Source: Candidatus Obscuribacteraceae bacterium
GTDB taxonomy: Bacteria > Cyanobacteriota > Vampirovibrionia > Obscuribacterales > Obscuribacteraceae
Length of the DNA: 64,000 bases
Assembly (NCBI GenBank): GCA_044226015.1
Contig: JBGAHS010000002.1
Location: forward strand, 128,001 to 192,000
Reading direction: 5' to 3'
Both the position numbers and the translations under genes were made by a program. Positions 19,750-30,522 of this stretch are shown piece by piece (the first letter of the stretch is position 1; every line of letters starts with the position of its first letter). Under the pieces are notes generated by a model. It was given only the letters and a program-made list of their open reading frames with translations. It was not told where the DNA came from and searched no databases.

Positions 19750-20295
19750 ATGCCAGAGCAAGGTACTCAATCATTCCATGTTTGCACCGCCACTCTTGCA
19801 GACATCGACCAGCTGGAAAAGCTAGTAAATCTGGCTTACCGAGGAGGTAAGTCAACTGTAGCATGGAAAAACGAAGACCACCTTGTGGAAGGTCCACGTA
19901 TTGTGCCAGATGATTTGCGAAAGTATATCGACTCAAAAGATGAGTCCCGAATTCTCTTTCTGAGAAATGAAGAGCAGGTCATGGTCGGAACAGTGCATGT
20001 CGAAAAGCACGGCAATGAGGCGCACATTGGAATGCTCGCCGTTCATCCTGATTTTCAAAATTACGGGCTGGGAAAAAAATTACTTTTGCTCGGCGAAGAA
20101 TGCGCCGTAAAAACATTCAATTGCTCCACGGGCAAAATGTTCGTCTTTGCAGGACGGGAAGAGCTTCTTGCCTGGTACAACAAAATGGGTTACCAGGGCA
20201 CTGGTGAAACTATGCCGTTCTTCGGACCAGAATCAGGCTTAACACCTAAAGTAGAGAACGCTCATTTCGTCGTGGTTCAAAAGTCTCTGCTCTGA
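19750..20295 (+). CDS. GNAT family N-acetyltransferase
   Basis: GMLAVHPDFQNYGLGKKLL, REELLAWYNKMGY. Confidence 0.9.
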   Translation: MPEQGTQSFHVCTATLADIDQLEKLVNLAYRGGKSTVAWKNEDHLVEGPRIVPDDLRKYIDSKDESRILFLRNEEQVMVGTVHVEKHGNEAHIGMLAVHPDFQNYGLGKKLLLLGEECAVKTFNCSTGKMFVFAGREELLAWYNKMGYQGTGETMPFFGPESGLTPKVENAHFVVVQKSLL

Positions 20296-20380
20296 ATCGC
20301 TGCTGTGTTTCTATAGCGTCAGATTCAGGAAATAGCTTGCAAATTCAAAAATCAAAGCGGTGGTAGAGGAGCGAAGAAAG

Positions 20381-21862
20381 ATGGCTAAGAAGCACTCAAG
20401 CAATACCGCAACGGATCCGACTCCTGCGAAAAGTAAGAGTTCAAAAGTATCGGACAAAACAGATCTAACTGGCAATGCTGAACAAGCTTTGAAAACGAGG
20501 GCGTGGATAAAAAGCGGTGCCAGCCGTTCCGAGCGCAAGGAATTCGGAAAAGCAGCAAGGGAGAAGACGCCTCTTGCGGCACACGCAAAGCCTCTGATTT
20601 CTGGACAGCAACGTGACGTGGTGCAAGTCCTCGAGGATTCAAATGTTGGAAGATTGCCCGACCTTATTCCGCTGCGATATGGACGAATGCTGAGTTCAGC
20701 CTTCAATTTCTACCGTGGCAGCGCTGCATTGATGGCGAAAGATCTTGCCGTGACTCCAAACTCCGGGTTCATAGTACAAGCATGTGGTGATTGCCACATT
20801 CATAATTTCGGCGCATTCGCTACACCAGAGCGCCGAATAGTTATTGATATAAATGATTTTGACGAGACTCTGCCAGCGCCATGGGAATGGGATGTGAAGC
20901 GACTTTCGGCAAGCCTTGTACTGGCTGCGAAAGACCGTGGTTTCTCAAACGACCTGGCACATGAAGCAGCATGGCTCATGGCACAATCATATCGCTGTTA
21001 CATGAATGAGCTTTCTTCTATGTCAGCACTAGAGATATGGTACTCACAAATTTCGGCTGAAAACTTCCTCGCGCGCATCGGTGCAGACACGCGAAAACGC
21101 GTCGAGCAGAGCTTGAAGGATGCAGCGCAGAAATCTTCCACAGAGGTTTTGACAGAAAAGTATACCGTCGTCACGAATGGAAAGCTGCGCTTCAGAGACA
21201 TTCCACCATTGCTGTGCCACTTAGAAGATGTCACCATAGATGGTGAAACACGAGAAGCGTTCGAGAGTTATCGCACCACGCTTACAGAGGAAAAGCGCAT
21301 TCTCCTGGACAAGTTCGATATGGTAGATATCGCGAGAAAAGTTGTAGGTATCGGTAGCGTCGGCACCTCCTGTGGTGTCTTACTTTTAGCTGGCGCGGAA
21401 AACGATGTTTTAATATTGCAAATAAAGGAAGCCAGACAGTCTGTGCTTGAGCCTTACGCAGGTACATCGAAGTTCACTCATCATGGGCAGAGAGTAGTGC
21501 AGGGACAAAAGCTCATGCAAGCAGCAAGCGATATGTTTTTAGGATGGACAACCGGTAGAAAACCTGCGCAGAGGCACTTCTTTGTTCGACAATTGCGCGA
21601 CATGAAAGTCGGCGTGAACACAGCCTATTGGAATAAAGACGATTTCAATAGCAACCCTGTGGTAGCAGGAGAGATACTCGCGCGAGCGCACGCCCGGTCA
21701 GGTGACGCAGCCATCATGCGAGGCTATTTGGGAAAGAGCGAAGCCTTTGAAGATGCTATAGGCAAATATGGCGTCGCCTACGCAAAGCAAACTGAGCGCG
21801 ACTATAGCATCTTCACCAATGCATGCAAGTCTGGGAAACTCAAAGTACAAATGGGCGATTAG
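20381..21862 (+). CDS. DUF2252 family protein
   Basis: RYGRM...FYRGSA, CGDCHIHNFG, DINDFDE, WEWDVKRL, KVVGIGSVGT, LARAHARSGD; SD GAGGAG before ATG 20381. Confidence 0.9.
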   Translation: MAKKHSSNTATDPTPAKSKSSKVSDKTDLTGNAEQALKTRAWIKSGASRSERKEFGKAAREKTPLAAHAKPLISGQQRDVVQVLEDSNVGRLPDLIPLRYGRMLSSAFNFYRGSAALMAKDLAVTPNSGFIVQACGDCHIHNFGAFATPERRIVIDINDFDETLPAPWEWDVKRLSASLVLAAKDRGFSNDLAHEAAWLMAQSYRCYMNELSSMSALEIWYSQISAENFLARIGADTRKRVEQSLKDAAQKSSTEVLTEKYTVVTNGKLRFRDIPPLLCHLEDVTIDGETREAFESYRTTLTEEKRILLDKFDMVDIARKVVGIGSVGTSCGVLLLAGAENDVLILQIKEARQSVLEPYAGTSKFTHHGQRVVQGQKLMQAASDMFLGWTTGRKPAQRHFFVRQLRDMKVGVNTAYWNKDDFNSNPVVAGEILARAHARSGDAAIMRGYLGKSEAFEDAIGKYGVAYAKQTERDYSIFTNACKSGKLKVQMGD

Positions 21863-21984
21863 CTGCCGCTTCGTAGTTTCCCCAATATGCCCGCGTGAAG
21901 TTCCAGTATAGACTGTTCCAATCGGATAATTGGTTTGCTAGGGCTTCTAAGGTGCTGGACAAAACTAGCGCAGGAAAACTTCTT

Positions 21985-24933
21985 ATGTCGGCTGACAATC
22001 TTGAGCCGACAGCGAATACCTTTTTGCGGGCAGCAGCCTACGCTGACTTGCAGTCACCCGTCAACGCACTCGCTCAAATAGCAGACTCAACATTTCACAC
22101 CAATCTTTTGCCAAAAGTGCAGTTTATGGATGCGCCCCAAAAGCTGCATTCCGAGCAACATGGTTATTGGGCACAGAACCTGGGAAGCGCCGCTGGTTCC
22201 ATCATTCCTTTTATGCTTACCGCTGCCGCAGTCAAATCTTCATCGCGCTTCTCAGCGGTGGAATCGCTTGCAGCAAAAGAATCTATGATGGGGCTGAGCA
22301 ATCGAGAAGCCTTTGCAATCGGCGCATTGCACGACTCGCTTTTGCGTCCCAGCAACCCCTCGGATGACAAACCACTGATTGTCTCTCGTGCGCTCAGTGG
22401 GCTGGCTGGCGGCACCACAATGCTGGCAATCACAAAAATCACTTCTCATGCCAGCGAGGGGGCAGCCCTCGTTTTGTCTCCGCGAGCATTTAAGTTCGCG
22501 CAAATTCCAATTGGCATGATAGCTTCAGCTCCAGCAGGGGCACTCGGAGCAGAACTGAATGCGCGGCTAACCGAAAATCGCGCTGCGACAAGCGAAGAGC
22601 TGAAGGAAGCAGCCCTCACGACAGCAGTCCTTACAGGTGCTTTCGGAGCAGCTTCCAAGTATGAAGCAAAGACCGATGGTTCAATAAAAAGCTACAGAAT
22701 AAGCGGAGGCTCAAAAGCAGTCGATGCGGGTATGCGTCAAATCGCGCAATCCGGAGAAACAACATTCCAAGCCAGACAAGACTTAGGCAGACAAGGACTG
22801 ACAGGACTCTTTGGCATGAAGAGCTTTGCCGAGCCCCGAGCACTTCTGGTTCGCGATTCTGCAATTGCACCGCGCTTGTCAGCGACACAAATGACAAACT
22901 TAGATTTGCTGGCTACCTGCTACCCCGAAGCAAAATTTAGTCAACACACTGTTGTTCCAGAAGCAGAGTCCAAGCCATTGTGGATGAGAGCAAATGGAAA
23001 GCAGCTCGACTTCACTGCAAAGGAAGAGAATGTCGCAGCAGATTGGAAGCACCTCGGACCGACACATACTGCCGAGGCACTGCTGGAGAAGATTCGCACG
23101 GGAGATCTTAATGCAGCAAGGCAAGTTGTTGATCTGCTTGAGCGAGTAAAGTACAAGCAGGAAATTTCGCAGCGCGAAATGCCTGTTGCAGAAGGGCTCT
23201 TAAAGGTCTCATCGAAAACCATACAACAGGGAATTTCGCCAGATGGAGAGCGCCTCCTCACGATTCTCTCTTCAAAAGAGAACCAGATTACTGCTCGCAC
23301 ACTGGAGACAGTTCGCAATTCCGGCAAACAGATAAGCGGTGAGAATGTTGCGGAAGAAGCTGTACTGAAAGAGTCGCAAGCCTGGGAAAAATTGAACGGT
23401 GCACTTGATTTTCGCGTATCAACAATCGGTGAGCGCCGCGCTCTTAGCTCATCTGAACTTGATCTAGTAAACAACATAAATCAACAAGCGCGAGAAAGAA
23501 TTTTCGCTCTAGAGCAAGAACAGAACGCCGGCAAACAACTGAGCGAAGGACTGCAAGGTCTTCTAGGCGAACTCAAAGATGGACAGGACATGCTATTCGA
23601 CACAATAGCGAACAGGCAATTGTTGGACATTGCAGACCTTGAACTTGCTGGACAAGCGCTTTCCTTCAGCCAGGCAGCGCGACGCAGAATAGCTCTGAGA
23701 ATGACCGATGAAGGAATCAATTATTACAACAGACTCTCTGACGTGCGCAATGGCCAGGGCTTGAACGATCTAGAAGCGAAGACTCTGTCAGAGCTTGTGG
23801 AAGGCAGGCACGATTTTCGTGCGCGCGAACAAGCAGCATTAGACGCAATCAAGGCAAACAATGGTCGGCAAGCATCGGATATTTTAGGTTCAAGAGAACG
23901 ATTGAGATCCTTCCAGCAGCAGGCATGGCGGCGGCAAGACCCAGTCAGCTTTGACGAAAGTCTCGCTGAAGTAAATGCCAGAGAGTCTCAACTTGCTGAG
24001 TTGAACAAAAGAAGGGCAAGTCCAGACAATATTCGTGCAGCCACAATGGAACTTAGTAAAGCACAGCAAGACATGGCAAATAGGCACTTGCCTGCTGATT
24101 CCTATCGCGGCATTCTGGCAGACCTTCGTGCGGTACAGAACCGCGTGCAAACTCTCAACAGAGCTGCTCAATTGAATGATGCCCAACGTGCTGAGCTTAC
24201 TGAACTTCGAGGCATCTCCGGTCAAACCGTCGAAGCAATTTTCCGAGACTACATACCTTGGGCTCCGGAAGCCCTGGAGAATACTCAATCACTCATGGTT
24301 CCAGCCGGCATGAGAAAGGTTGGTCTGAAAGATGGAAACAACGACGAACTCGCGCTCGCTCATGCATTCGGTCAAGCATTGGAAAGCAGAGCGCTAAAAA
24401 GCAAACAAAGCGATGCTGCTTCCGATTATTCAGACGCGAAGAATTGGAGTGGAATTCACGTTCCCGATGGCTCAGCAGCAGACCATGCAAAGGCAGATTT
24501 GATTCTCTTCAACCGCAAGACTGGTCATTATTTTCTCTTTGACATTACGTCTAGCGTTGACGCAGGTTCTACAAATTTGTTGGCACGCGATATGGTGGCA
24601 CGAGGACATGAGACTGGGCTGGCAGACAAGAAAGCCATGATTGCAGGGGAGAGAGAGCCTTTTGTGCTCGCGACATCATCGATTGCAGACTGGAGTTCAG
24701 CGCTGAATTCCGCAAAGGGTATCGAACGGCTCAGCCAAATAATATCGAATGTGATAGCCAAAGACAGACCATTCAATATTATAGACAGCGGGCTGCCATC
24801 CACAAATCCAGCGATTCCTTCCAGAACAATGGTAACGCAGTTAGAATCTTTCCAGCAAAGCCTGAACCGCATGAATTATTATGATTGGGCTAGAGAGCTG
24901 CACGGGGCAAAAACATACTTGCGCAGCCGCTAA
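21985..24933 (+). CDS. Large hypothetical protein: Ala/Gly-rich hydrophobic N-terminal helices, helical middle, possible nuclease-fold C-terminus
   Basis: About 980-aa uninterrupted ORF (alternative GTG start 21895); C-terminal DHAKADLILFNRKTGHYFLFDIT. Confidence 0.7.
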   Translation: MSADNLEPTANTFLRAAAYADLQSPVNALAQIADSTFHTNLLPKVQFMDAPQKLHSEQHGYWAQNLGSAAGSIIPFMLTAAAVKSSSRFSAVESLAAKESMMGLSNREAFAIGALHDSLLRPSNPSDDKPLIVSRALSGLAGGTTMLAITKITSHASEGAALVLSPRAFKFAQIPIGMIASAPAGALGAELNARLTENRAATSEELKEAALTTAVLTGAFGAASKYEAKTDGSIKSYRISGGSKAVDAGMRQIAQSGETTFQARQDLGRQGLTGLFGMKSFAEPRALLVRDSAIAPRLSATQMTNLDLLATCYPEAKFSQHTVVPEAESKPLWMRANGKQLDFTAKEENVAADWKHLGPTHTAEALLEKIRTGDLNAARQVVDLLERVKYKQEISQREMPVAEGLLKVSSKTIQQGISPDGERLLTILSSKENQITARTLETVRNSGKQISGENVAEEAVLKESQAWEKLNGALDFRVSTIGERRALSSSELDLVNNINQQARERIFALEQEQNAGKQLSEGLQGLLGELKDGQDMLFDTIANRQLLDIADLELAGQALSFSQAARRRIALRMTDEGINYYNRLSDVRNGQGLNDLEAKTLSELVEGRHDFRAREQAALDAIKANNGRQASDILGSRERLRSFQQQAWRRQDPVSFDESLAEVNARESQLAELNKRRASPDNIRAATMELSKAQQDMANRHLPADSYRGILADLRAVQNRVQTLNRAAQLNDAQRAELTELRGISGQTVEAIFRDYIPWAPEALENTQSLMVPAGMRKVGLKDGNNDELALAHAFGQALESRALKSKQSDAASDYSDAKNWSGIHVPDGSAADHAKADLILFNRKTGHYFLFDITSSVDAGSTNLLARDMVARGHETGLADKKAMIAGEREPFVLATSSIADWSSALNSAKGIERLSQIISNVIAKDRPFNIIDSGLPSTNPAIPSRTMVTQLESFQQSLNRMNYYDWARELHGAKTYLRSR

Positions 24934-24941
24934 TATTACTT

Positions 24942-25622
24942 TTAGCGCAAATGTGCCGGTAGTAGATTCAACGGTTCGCCAACTTTTGCTGCAGCAGGCT
25001 GACGCTCCGCCCGCGGAGCTGCGGACTTAGGCGCAGCTTTCACTTCTGTTTTCCATGCTCCAATCTCAGCTGGGTGCACAGCCGGTCTCAAGTGAGGAGC
25101 CTCTGTCTTTGGTGTCCTTGCAGGCTCAGTTTTATGAGCATGGAGTGGTTTCCAACCAACATGGTTCTCAGCCTTCGCTGGTGGCGCCTGTGGTGCTTCA
25201 GCAAGTTTAGTTTCCTGCAATTTCAATTCAGGCAACTTCATGGAAGCATCGTAAGAGCTTGCTTCACCCTTGACGCTGGCGAGCTTCCAGTTTTTGTCCA
25301 AATACATTTTGACCTGCTGACCGTCACCCCCCACGGTGATTTCCATCAAACCATCAGCAGACTTACCCCATTTTACGTTGCCGCGTACCTTGCACAATCC
25401 CTGGCTATCAAACCGCTGCTCACTACCGTCTGCAGTTTTGACTGAGTTCTTGCAATTGGGATCTATTTTGTCATTGTTTAGTTGAGCGTTAACGCTGCCG
25501 TCTTTTCCAAAAACAGCTTGTTGCTGCCCCCGGGTTATTACAAACTCAAACGGCGCCGGCTGTGCTGGCGCGTCATCCTTCTTCTGCGAAACTTGATCCA
25601 TGCCCATGACTGCAACCCTCAT
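24942..25622 (-). CDS. Hypothetical protein with a Pro/Ala-rich tail
   Basis: 226-aa ORF that fills the gap between flanking genes; start uncertain. Confidence 0.6.
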   Translation of the reverse strand: MRVAVMGMDQVSQKKDDAPAQPAPFEFVITRGQQQAVFGKDGSVNAQLNNDKIDPNCKNSVKTADGSEQRFDSQGLCKVRGNVKWGKSADGLMEITVGGDGQQVKMYLDKNWKLASVKGEASSYDASMKLPELKLQETKLAEAPQAPPAKAENHVGWKPLHAHKTEPARTPKTEAPHLRPAVHPAEIGAWKTEVKAAPKSAAPRAERQPAAAKVGEPLNLLPAHLR

Positions 25623-25831
25623 CCAATAATGGAATCATTCCAGAAAATTACGGTATGCAAAATGTACAGAACGGCATGGTTGACTGCACGTTCGCACAGT
25701 CTTCATCAAAGGGAACCATCTAGCAGATGCTCAGGTCTAACAATAGATGTCTTACAAAATGTGGGCGACAGGATGGGATTTCAGTGATTGCTGTTGGGTA
25801 TATCTAATGGCAGCTTCTGCGGAACCTAGCG

Positions 25832-27226
25832 ATGAACAAATTGAGAAAACCTTTCTTTGCCTTAGTGCTTCTGATTTCGCTGTCCTGCGATCCGGCAACG
25901 GCCGGCAATTGGATGACACCGTACGAGAGCCTGATTGAGAATGGGCAGCTCAGTGAAGTCCTAACACGAGCTAAAGCAGTCAGAGATAAGAAAAAGACTG
26001 TCCCTGAGGCGTGGTTGGAATATGCCTTCATTGCAAATGCATGCGGCTTTGTGAGCGAAGCTCACGATGCTTATACCTATTATGCCAGGCAATTTCCACA
26101 GGAAACAAAAGTGAAATTCGCGCTCAAAAGGGCTCAGAAGCTGCAATCGGAATTGAAGAAATTCCCTGAAACCGTCGCTCAAAATCTCTCCGCCGATGAT
26201 TATTGCCTGGTAGACAGAATATCATCAACATCCCTCCGTCTGCGCTGGTCGAAAGAAAAGATGCCTCTGAAAGTATTCTATTTGGTTGAACCAGGCTTGG
26301 ACGCCGCGGTCTACCGCAACGCCGTCTTGGAAGCCTTGAAAGCCTGGACACAGGGCTCGAATAATCTCGTTTCATTCCTCATGGTGTCTGAAAAAGAAAA
26401 AGCCGACATCGACATATTCTTCACAGCCGATGTAAATAACGAGCACATTGTTGGCAGCGCCGGTAATACCAGATACAAGTCTGACCAACGTCAATTGAAG
26501 AAGGCTTCAATTGTAGTTTTGACAACAGACCACTATACGGGAAAACCCAGACCCCTAGCCAAGACAGCCCGCACTATTACTCACGAGTTGGGACACGCCC
26601 TCGGGCTGGGGCATAGTAAAGACCCGGCCGATTTGATGTATTTTGCTGGAAACTGGGCCGGCACTGGTGCTCCCCCTTCCGAACGCGATCTCAGGATCCT
26701 CAATCTGCTTTACAAGACGGACAATAAAGAGCTTTTAGAACGAGTGATCAGCGCGATTACTAAGGCGAGTGATGAATCTTGCCCAATGCTTGTCAAAATG
26801 TATGAATTCGTCGGAGAAGATTTCTATCAGTCCCAAAATCAAAGCGAGGCACTTGCCTGGTTTGAGAAAGCCGATCGACTGGCAGCAAGGTTGAAACAGC
26901 CGGACGAGAAAGCTAATAGTCGACGGGTCTGGTTTCTGTCGTCAATCAATTACAAGCTGAAGAATTACGCTGCCGCCGTGCCTTATTACCAGCGTTATCT
27001 CGCCCTATGTGATCCAAAAGATCCCAAGCGGGTTTCGGTAGAGCGAATCCTCGCCTGGTGCAAGGGACATGGGGACAAAGGCGAATCCGGCTCCGTCCAA
27101 ACAGCAAGCGACCAGGCAAGTCATCAGACGGAGACTGCCACTGTCGGAGACACTATCGAAACGGAGTCGCGCGAAACCACCAGTGACACTGCCGGTGGTG
27201 CAGAAGGGGAGAGTAGTGGCAATTAG
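25832..27226 (+). CDS. Secreted matrixin (M10A-like) metalloprotease with TPR-like helices
   Basis: Signal peptide; HELGHALGLGHS and Met-turn ADLMY; ADIDIFF. Confidence 0.88.
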   Translation: MNKLRKPFFALVLLISLSCDPATAGNWMTPYESLIENGQLSEVLTRAKAVRDKKKTVPEAWLEYAFIANACGFVSEAHDAYTYYARQFPQETKVKFALKRAQKLQSELKKFPETVAQNLSADDYCLVDRISSTSLRLRWSKEKMPLKVFYLVEPGLDAAVYRNAVLEALKAWTQGSNNLVSFLMVSEKEKADIDIFFTADVNNEHIVGSAGNTRYKSDQRQLKKASIVVLTTDHYTGKPRPLAKTARTITHELGHALGLGHSKDPADLMYFAGNWAGTGAPPSERDLRILNLLYKTDNKELLERVISAITKASDESCPMLVKMYEFVGEDFYQSQNQSEALAWFEKADRLAARLKQPDEKANSRRVWFLSSINYKLKNYAAAVPYYQRYLALCDPKDPKRVSVERILAWCKGHGDKGESGSVQTASDQASHQTETATVGDTIETESRETTSDTAGGAEGESSGN

Positions 27227-27351
27227 CAGTCAGTCGCAATGTTATGAAAGGCATTCTTAGTAATCCTTGATCACGCACGCCAAGTCATTCCTCCGGGGCA
27301 GTAAGAGATGTAACCCATCCTCAACCAAGGAAACTGGGTTTGTCTTCTAGT

Positions 27352-27627
27352 TCAGTTCCAGACCTGATAAGCAGCAAGACTATATGGGCTTTTGAGATTC
27401 GAAACTCTATCGACTAATTCTTCAACACCTTCGAATGACCAGAAGAGTAGATGAAGACCCGCACTCGCCACCATTAAAGCTAGCCCCGGAAGAAGAAAGC
27501 GAAACCGTTTTCGCTCCAGACAAATACAAACGCAAATCAAACCAAATACACAAAGGACACTAGAAGCATCAAAGAGCGTGGCCTTGTGCAAAAGCCAGAG
27601 CTCCTCAAATGAGGACCACCAAGTCAT
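27352..27627 (-). CDS. Small hypothetical membrane protein
   Basis: 91 aa, two hydrophobic segments, SD-like GGAAGG upstream. Confidence 0.5.
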   Translation of the reverse strand: MTWWSSFEELWLLHKATLFDASSVLCVFGLICVCICLERKRFRFLLPGLALMVASAGLHLLFWSFEGVEELVDRVSNLKSPYSLAAYQVWN

Positions 27628-27853
27628 AAAAAGCCTTCCTTACCCTGAATAGCTTTTACATCTACACACCAGAAGGTGCATTTGGACAAAATGAGCGCGG
27701 CCTCATTCGTGTAAATCACACTGGTACCGTTTAAGTTCTGCGGTTTTTCTCCCCGCCAAGTGGCGAAGACTTTCCCGAAAACTCCACCGGTACCGATGCA
27801 GTATTTCTTGAGGGAATAAAACCTGGAACTCTGTCACAACAAAGCAGGAGCCG

Positions 27854-27941
27854 CTACGAAGATGCCGTGCTCTCAATCAGAAGCCGGCAGGATGGCGCCG
27901 CGCGATCAATTTGATGGCGGCAGGATGCCGTGTTTCCCCAG
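27854..27941 (+). repeat. Cluster of degenerate REP-like palindromes
   Basis: GCCGGCAGGATGGCGCC and GGCGGCAGGATGCCGTGTTTCCCCAG resemble the copies at 54208, 54240 and 59926. Confidence 0.5.
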
Positions 27942-27974
27942 ACAGTAATAAAAGCGCACCCTGGCACACCAAAC

Positions 27975-27997
27975 AAAAAGGGTGCCTCGCGGCACCC
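27975..27997 (-). terminator. Intrinsic terminator after rpsA
   Basis: GGGTGCC-TCGC-GGCACCC with a minus-strand U-tract. Confidence 0.8.
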
Positions 27998-28023
27998 CTT
28001 CCGATTCTATTTGCGAGTTGGAA

Positions 28024-29172
28024 TTAGCCGCCGATTAAATCAGCAACATCAACTCCGCGAAGACTCAAGCTGATCTTATGTTCTTTTGGAGAGAACTTCT
28101 TGATGATAGCTTTGACTTCCTGACCAACCTGAACGATTTCTTCTGGCTTAACGTTCGGTTGTTCGGACATTTCGACTGTCGGCAACAATGCATCAACGCC
28201 TGGATAAATCTGGACGAATGCGCCGAAGCTTTGAATCTTTCTGACAGTACCGTTGAGAACCTGACCTTCCTGGAATTTGTTTTCGATTTCCTTCCATGGG
28301 TCTGGTTGCATTTGCTTCAAGCTCAAGCTGATGTGACCTTTGTCTCTATCAACTTTGAGAACCTTGGTGCTGACCATATCGCCAACTTTAAGCACATCTG
28401 ATGGATGTGAGACGCGCTCCCACGAGATTTCGGAGATTGGTAGCAAGCCATCCAGACCACCAAGGTCGATGAATGCGCCGAAGTCTGCGATACGCACAAC
28501 TTCGCCAGTAACTTCCTGGTTTGCTTCCAATGTGCTCAAAATCTTCTCGCGCTGAGCAGCCTTTTCTTCCTGAACAGCCAGACGTTGGCTGAGGATGAGC
28601 TTGTTGCGCTTGGTGTCTGTTTCCAAAATCTTCATCGGAATTTCCATTCCGATCAATTCTTCCGGAGTGGTTCCCTTCACGCGCAATTGGCTTGCTGGAA
28701 CGAAACCGCGCAGTCCATAAACATCGACAACAACGCCGCCTTTGACGACAGCTGAGATTTTGGCGCGAATTGTTTCGTCGCTCTTCTTTTGTTGCTCGAG
28801 CTGAACCCAGCCGCGAGCTTGAGCGACGCGCTTCAATGAGAGTGTCAACTGACCATTCTCATTTTCTTCACGCAAAATGTAGAACTCCAGGCGGTCTCCC
28901 ACCTTCACAACATCATCTGGACTGTCGATAGACATGTTGGATAGTTCCTTAATAGGAACGAATCCTTCTGACTTGCCACCGACATCAACCAGAACTCCGT
29001 CGCGCTCGATGCGCACGACGTATCCTGCAACGATGTCTCCTTGTTCGAAATTGTACTTGAAGGATTCTTGCAGGAGTTTCTCAAACTCCGATTTCAGATT
29101 CCCTTCTAACTGCTGTTCTGCCACTGTAAGTGAATTCTCCGTTTGATTTTTTTTTGGCAATACTGATGGCAT
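28024..29172 (-). CDS. rpsA: 30S ribosomal protein S1, four-domain form
   Basis: S1 domains: VDVGGKSEGFVP, LRGFVPASQL, FGAFIDLGGLDGLL, FGAFVQIYPGVDALL; SD GAGGTG before ATG 29172. Confidence 0.9.
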   Translation of the reverse strand: MPSVLPKKNQTENSLTVAEQQLEGNLKSEFEKLLQESFKYNFEQGDIVAGYVVRIERDGVLVDVGGKSEGFVPIKELSNMSIDSPDDVVKVGDRLEFYILREENENGQLTLSLKRVAQARGWVQLEQQKKSDETIRAKISAVVKGGVVVDVYGLRGFVPASQLRVKGTTPEELIGMEIPMKILETDTKRNKLILSQRLAVQEEKAAQREKILSTLEANQEVTGEVVRIADFGAFIDLGGLDGLLPISEISWERVSHPSDVLKVGDMVSTKVLKVDRDKGHISLSLKQMQPDPWKEIENKFQEGQVLNGTVRKIQSFGAFVQIYPGVDALLPTVEMSEQPNVKPEEIVQVGQEVKAIIKKFSPKEHKISLSLRGVDVADLIGG

Positions 29173-29338
29173 GGATTTTGGCACCTCATTGGTTTTAAGC
29201 AGCTGAAGGCAAAATGATGAGCGCTTTTAGACACTCAAGCCGCATCCTGCAACATCGGTCTCGACTCTTGTATGGGCTTCCAGAGTGGTTCGGAGCTGCA
29301 AACCTCACGACCCTGGTGCCTGACAAGTTGCCGGGGCT

Positions 29339-29368
29339 AGTGTACCGTGCCCCCAAGCATAGATACAA
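29339..29368 (-). promoter_or_regulatory. Candidate sigma70 promoter for rpsA
   Basis: Minus strand TTGTAT-N18-TACACT, about 165 nt upstream of the start. Confidence 0.5.
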
Positions 29369-29909
29369 GCGATTTCGTTTATCAGGTCTACAGTTTGACA
29401 CAATGCAACAAACGGCAATGAGCATTGTTGAGATGGGCATTTTGACGAGTCTGACAAAACCATGCACCGGCAGTAGGTGCTATTTGGCAGAGCTAGAGCC
29501 AGAATACGCCAGCCTCGCAGCATCCGGCAGGCTGCAATCGAGACAGCGCAAAGTAAGAGAGATAAGCTAGATATCCAGAACGCCTTCTTCACATCTCTTA
29601 TTTTGCAAAAGAAAAGATTCATTTTCTCTAATCCATCAGCTTTCGGAGATGTCATGACCGTTTTCTTGAAACCAAAAGCTGTCTGATGCTACACACAATC
29701 GAACGAACTTGGATATATCGTTTTTCCGACCAGATATACCTTGACGCACAAAAGAGCATCGATCGCGAATAAGCTTGATACACAGGCGTCTTCAGCTTCA
29801 CTTTCATAGAACATAATTCAAAAGTCCTGATAACATTGGCTCTTAGCAGCGCATCGATGAGTGGGAGAGGGCTTCCCGCCAGACTTTCTGTGTTTTCAGA
29901 GGAATATTC

Positions 29910-30467
29910 ATGAACAAAATTGCAAGACTTAGTTTCGTTGCAATCACAGCCATGACGCTAGGGCTGGGATTCGCGTCTGGTGCTAACGCATTGCCAGGCG
30001 TCAAAGCAAAGGGTGCCACATTGAACGATTTGATGTCCAGCAGCACAAATGCATCTCCAGAGATTGCAGCTGCAGAGACTCGTGTCGAACAAGCAAGGGC
30101 ACAAGTAGATATGGCAAATAAGCAAGTAGCCGCTTCCAAGGCTCTGCTGAAAGCAGCTCAGGCAGACCTCAAGGCAGCAACCGCACAGGTAGAAGCTTTG
30201 AAAGCAAGCGCAACCGCACAAGGATTGGTTGACCAAACCGGCATGACTCCGGCAAAAGCACCGCCAGTGTCGATTGCAGCGAAATCCACCGAGAGCAAGA
30301 ATACTGATGTCACGACTCCAGCGGTCGCGCCAGCGCCAGCTCCAGCTCCAGCTCCGACACCAGCTCCAGATGTAACAACAACACCAGTAAATCCAGTTCC
30401 AGCAGGAGATGCTCGCATCAAATCAGAAGGTTCGGATCCTCCGGCCGAGCCAATCATGCTCAGATAG
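29910..30467 (+). CDS. Secreted coiled-coil protein with a Pro/Ala-rich tail
   Basis: Signal peptide ending ANA, Ala-rich heptads, (AP)n; SD GAGG. Confidence 0.8.
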   Translation: MNKIARLSFVAITAMTLGLGFASGANALPGVKAKGATLNDLMSSSTNASPEIAAAETRVEQARAQVDMANKQVAASKALLKAAQADLKAATAQVEALKASATAQGLVDQTGMTPAKAPPVSIAAKSTESKNTDVTTPAVAPAPAPAPAPTPAPDVTTTPVNPVPAGDARIKSEGSDPPAEPIMLR

Positions 30468-30490
30468 TTTGAAGCAAAATTCAATCTTCG

Positions 30491-30522
30491 AAACGGGCAG
30501 CTAAGCTGTCCGTTTTTTTTTA
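30491..30522. terminator. Terminator between convergent genes
   Basis: AAACGGGCAGC-TAA-GCTGTCCGTTT followed by a T-run. Confidence 0.8.

Noticed and set aside
29195..29686. Several overlapping short ORFs upstream of rpsA
   Set aside because: No recognisable motifs; they overlap the likely promoter and leader.
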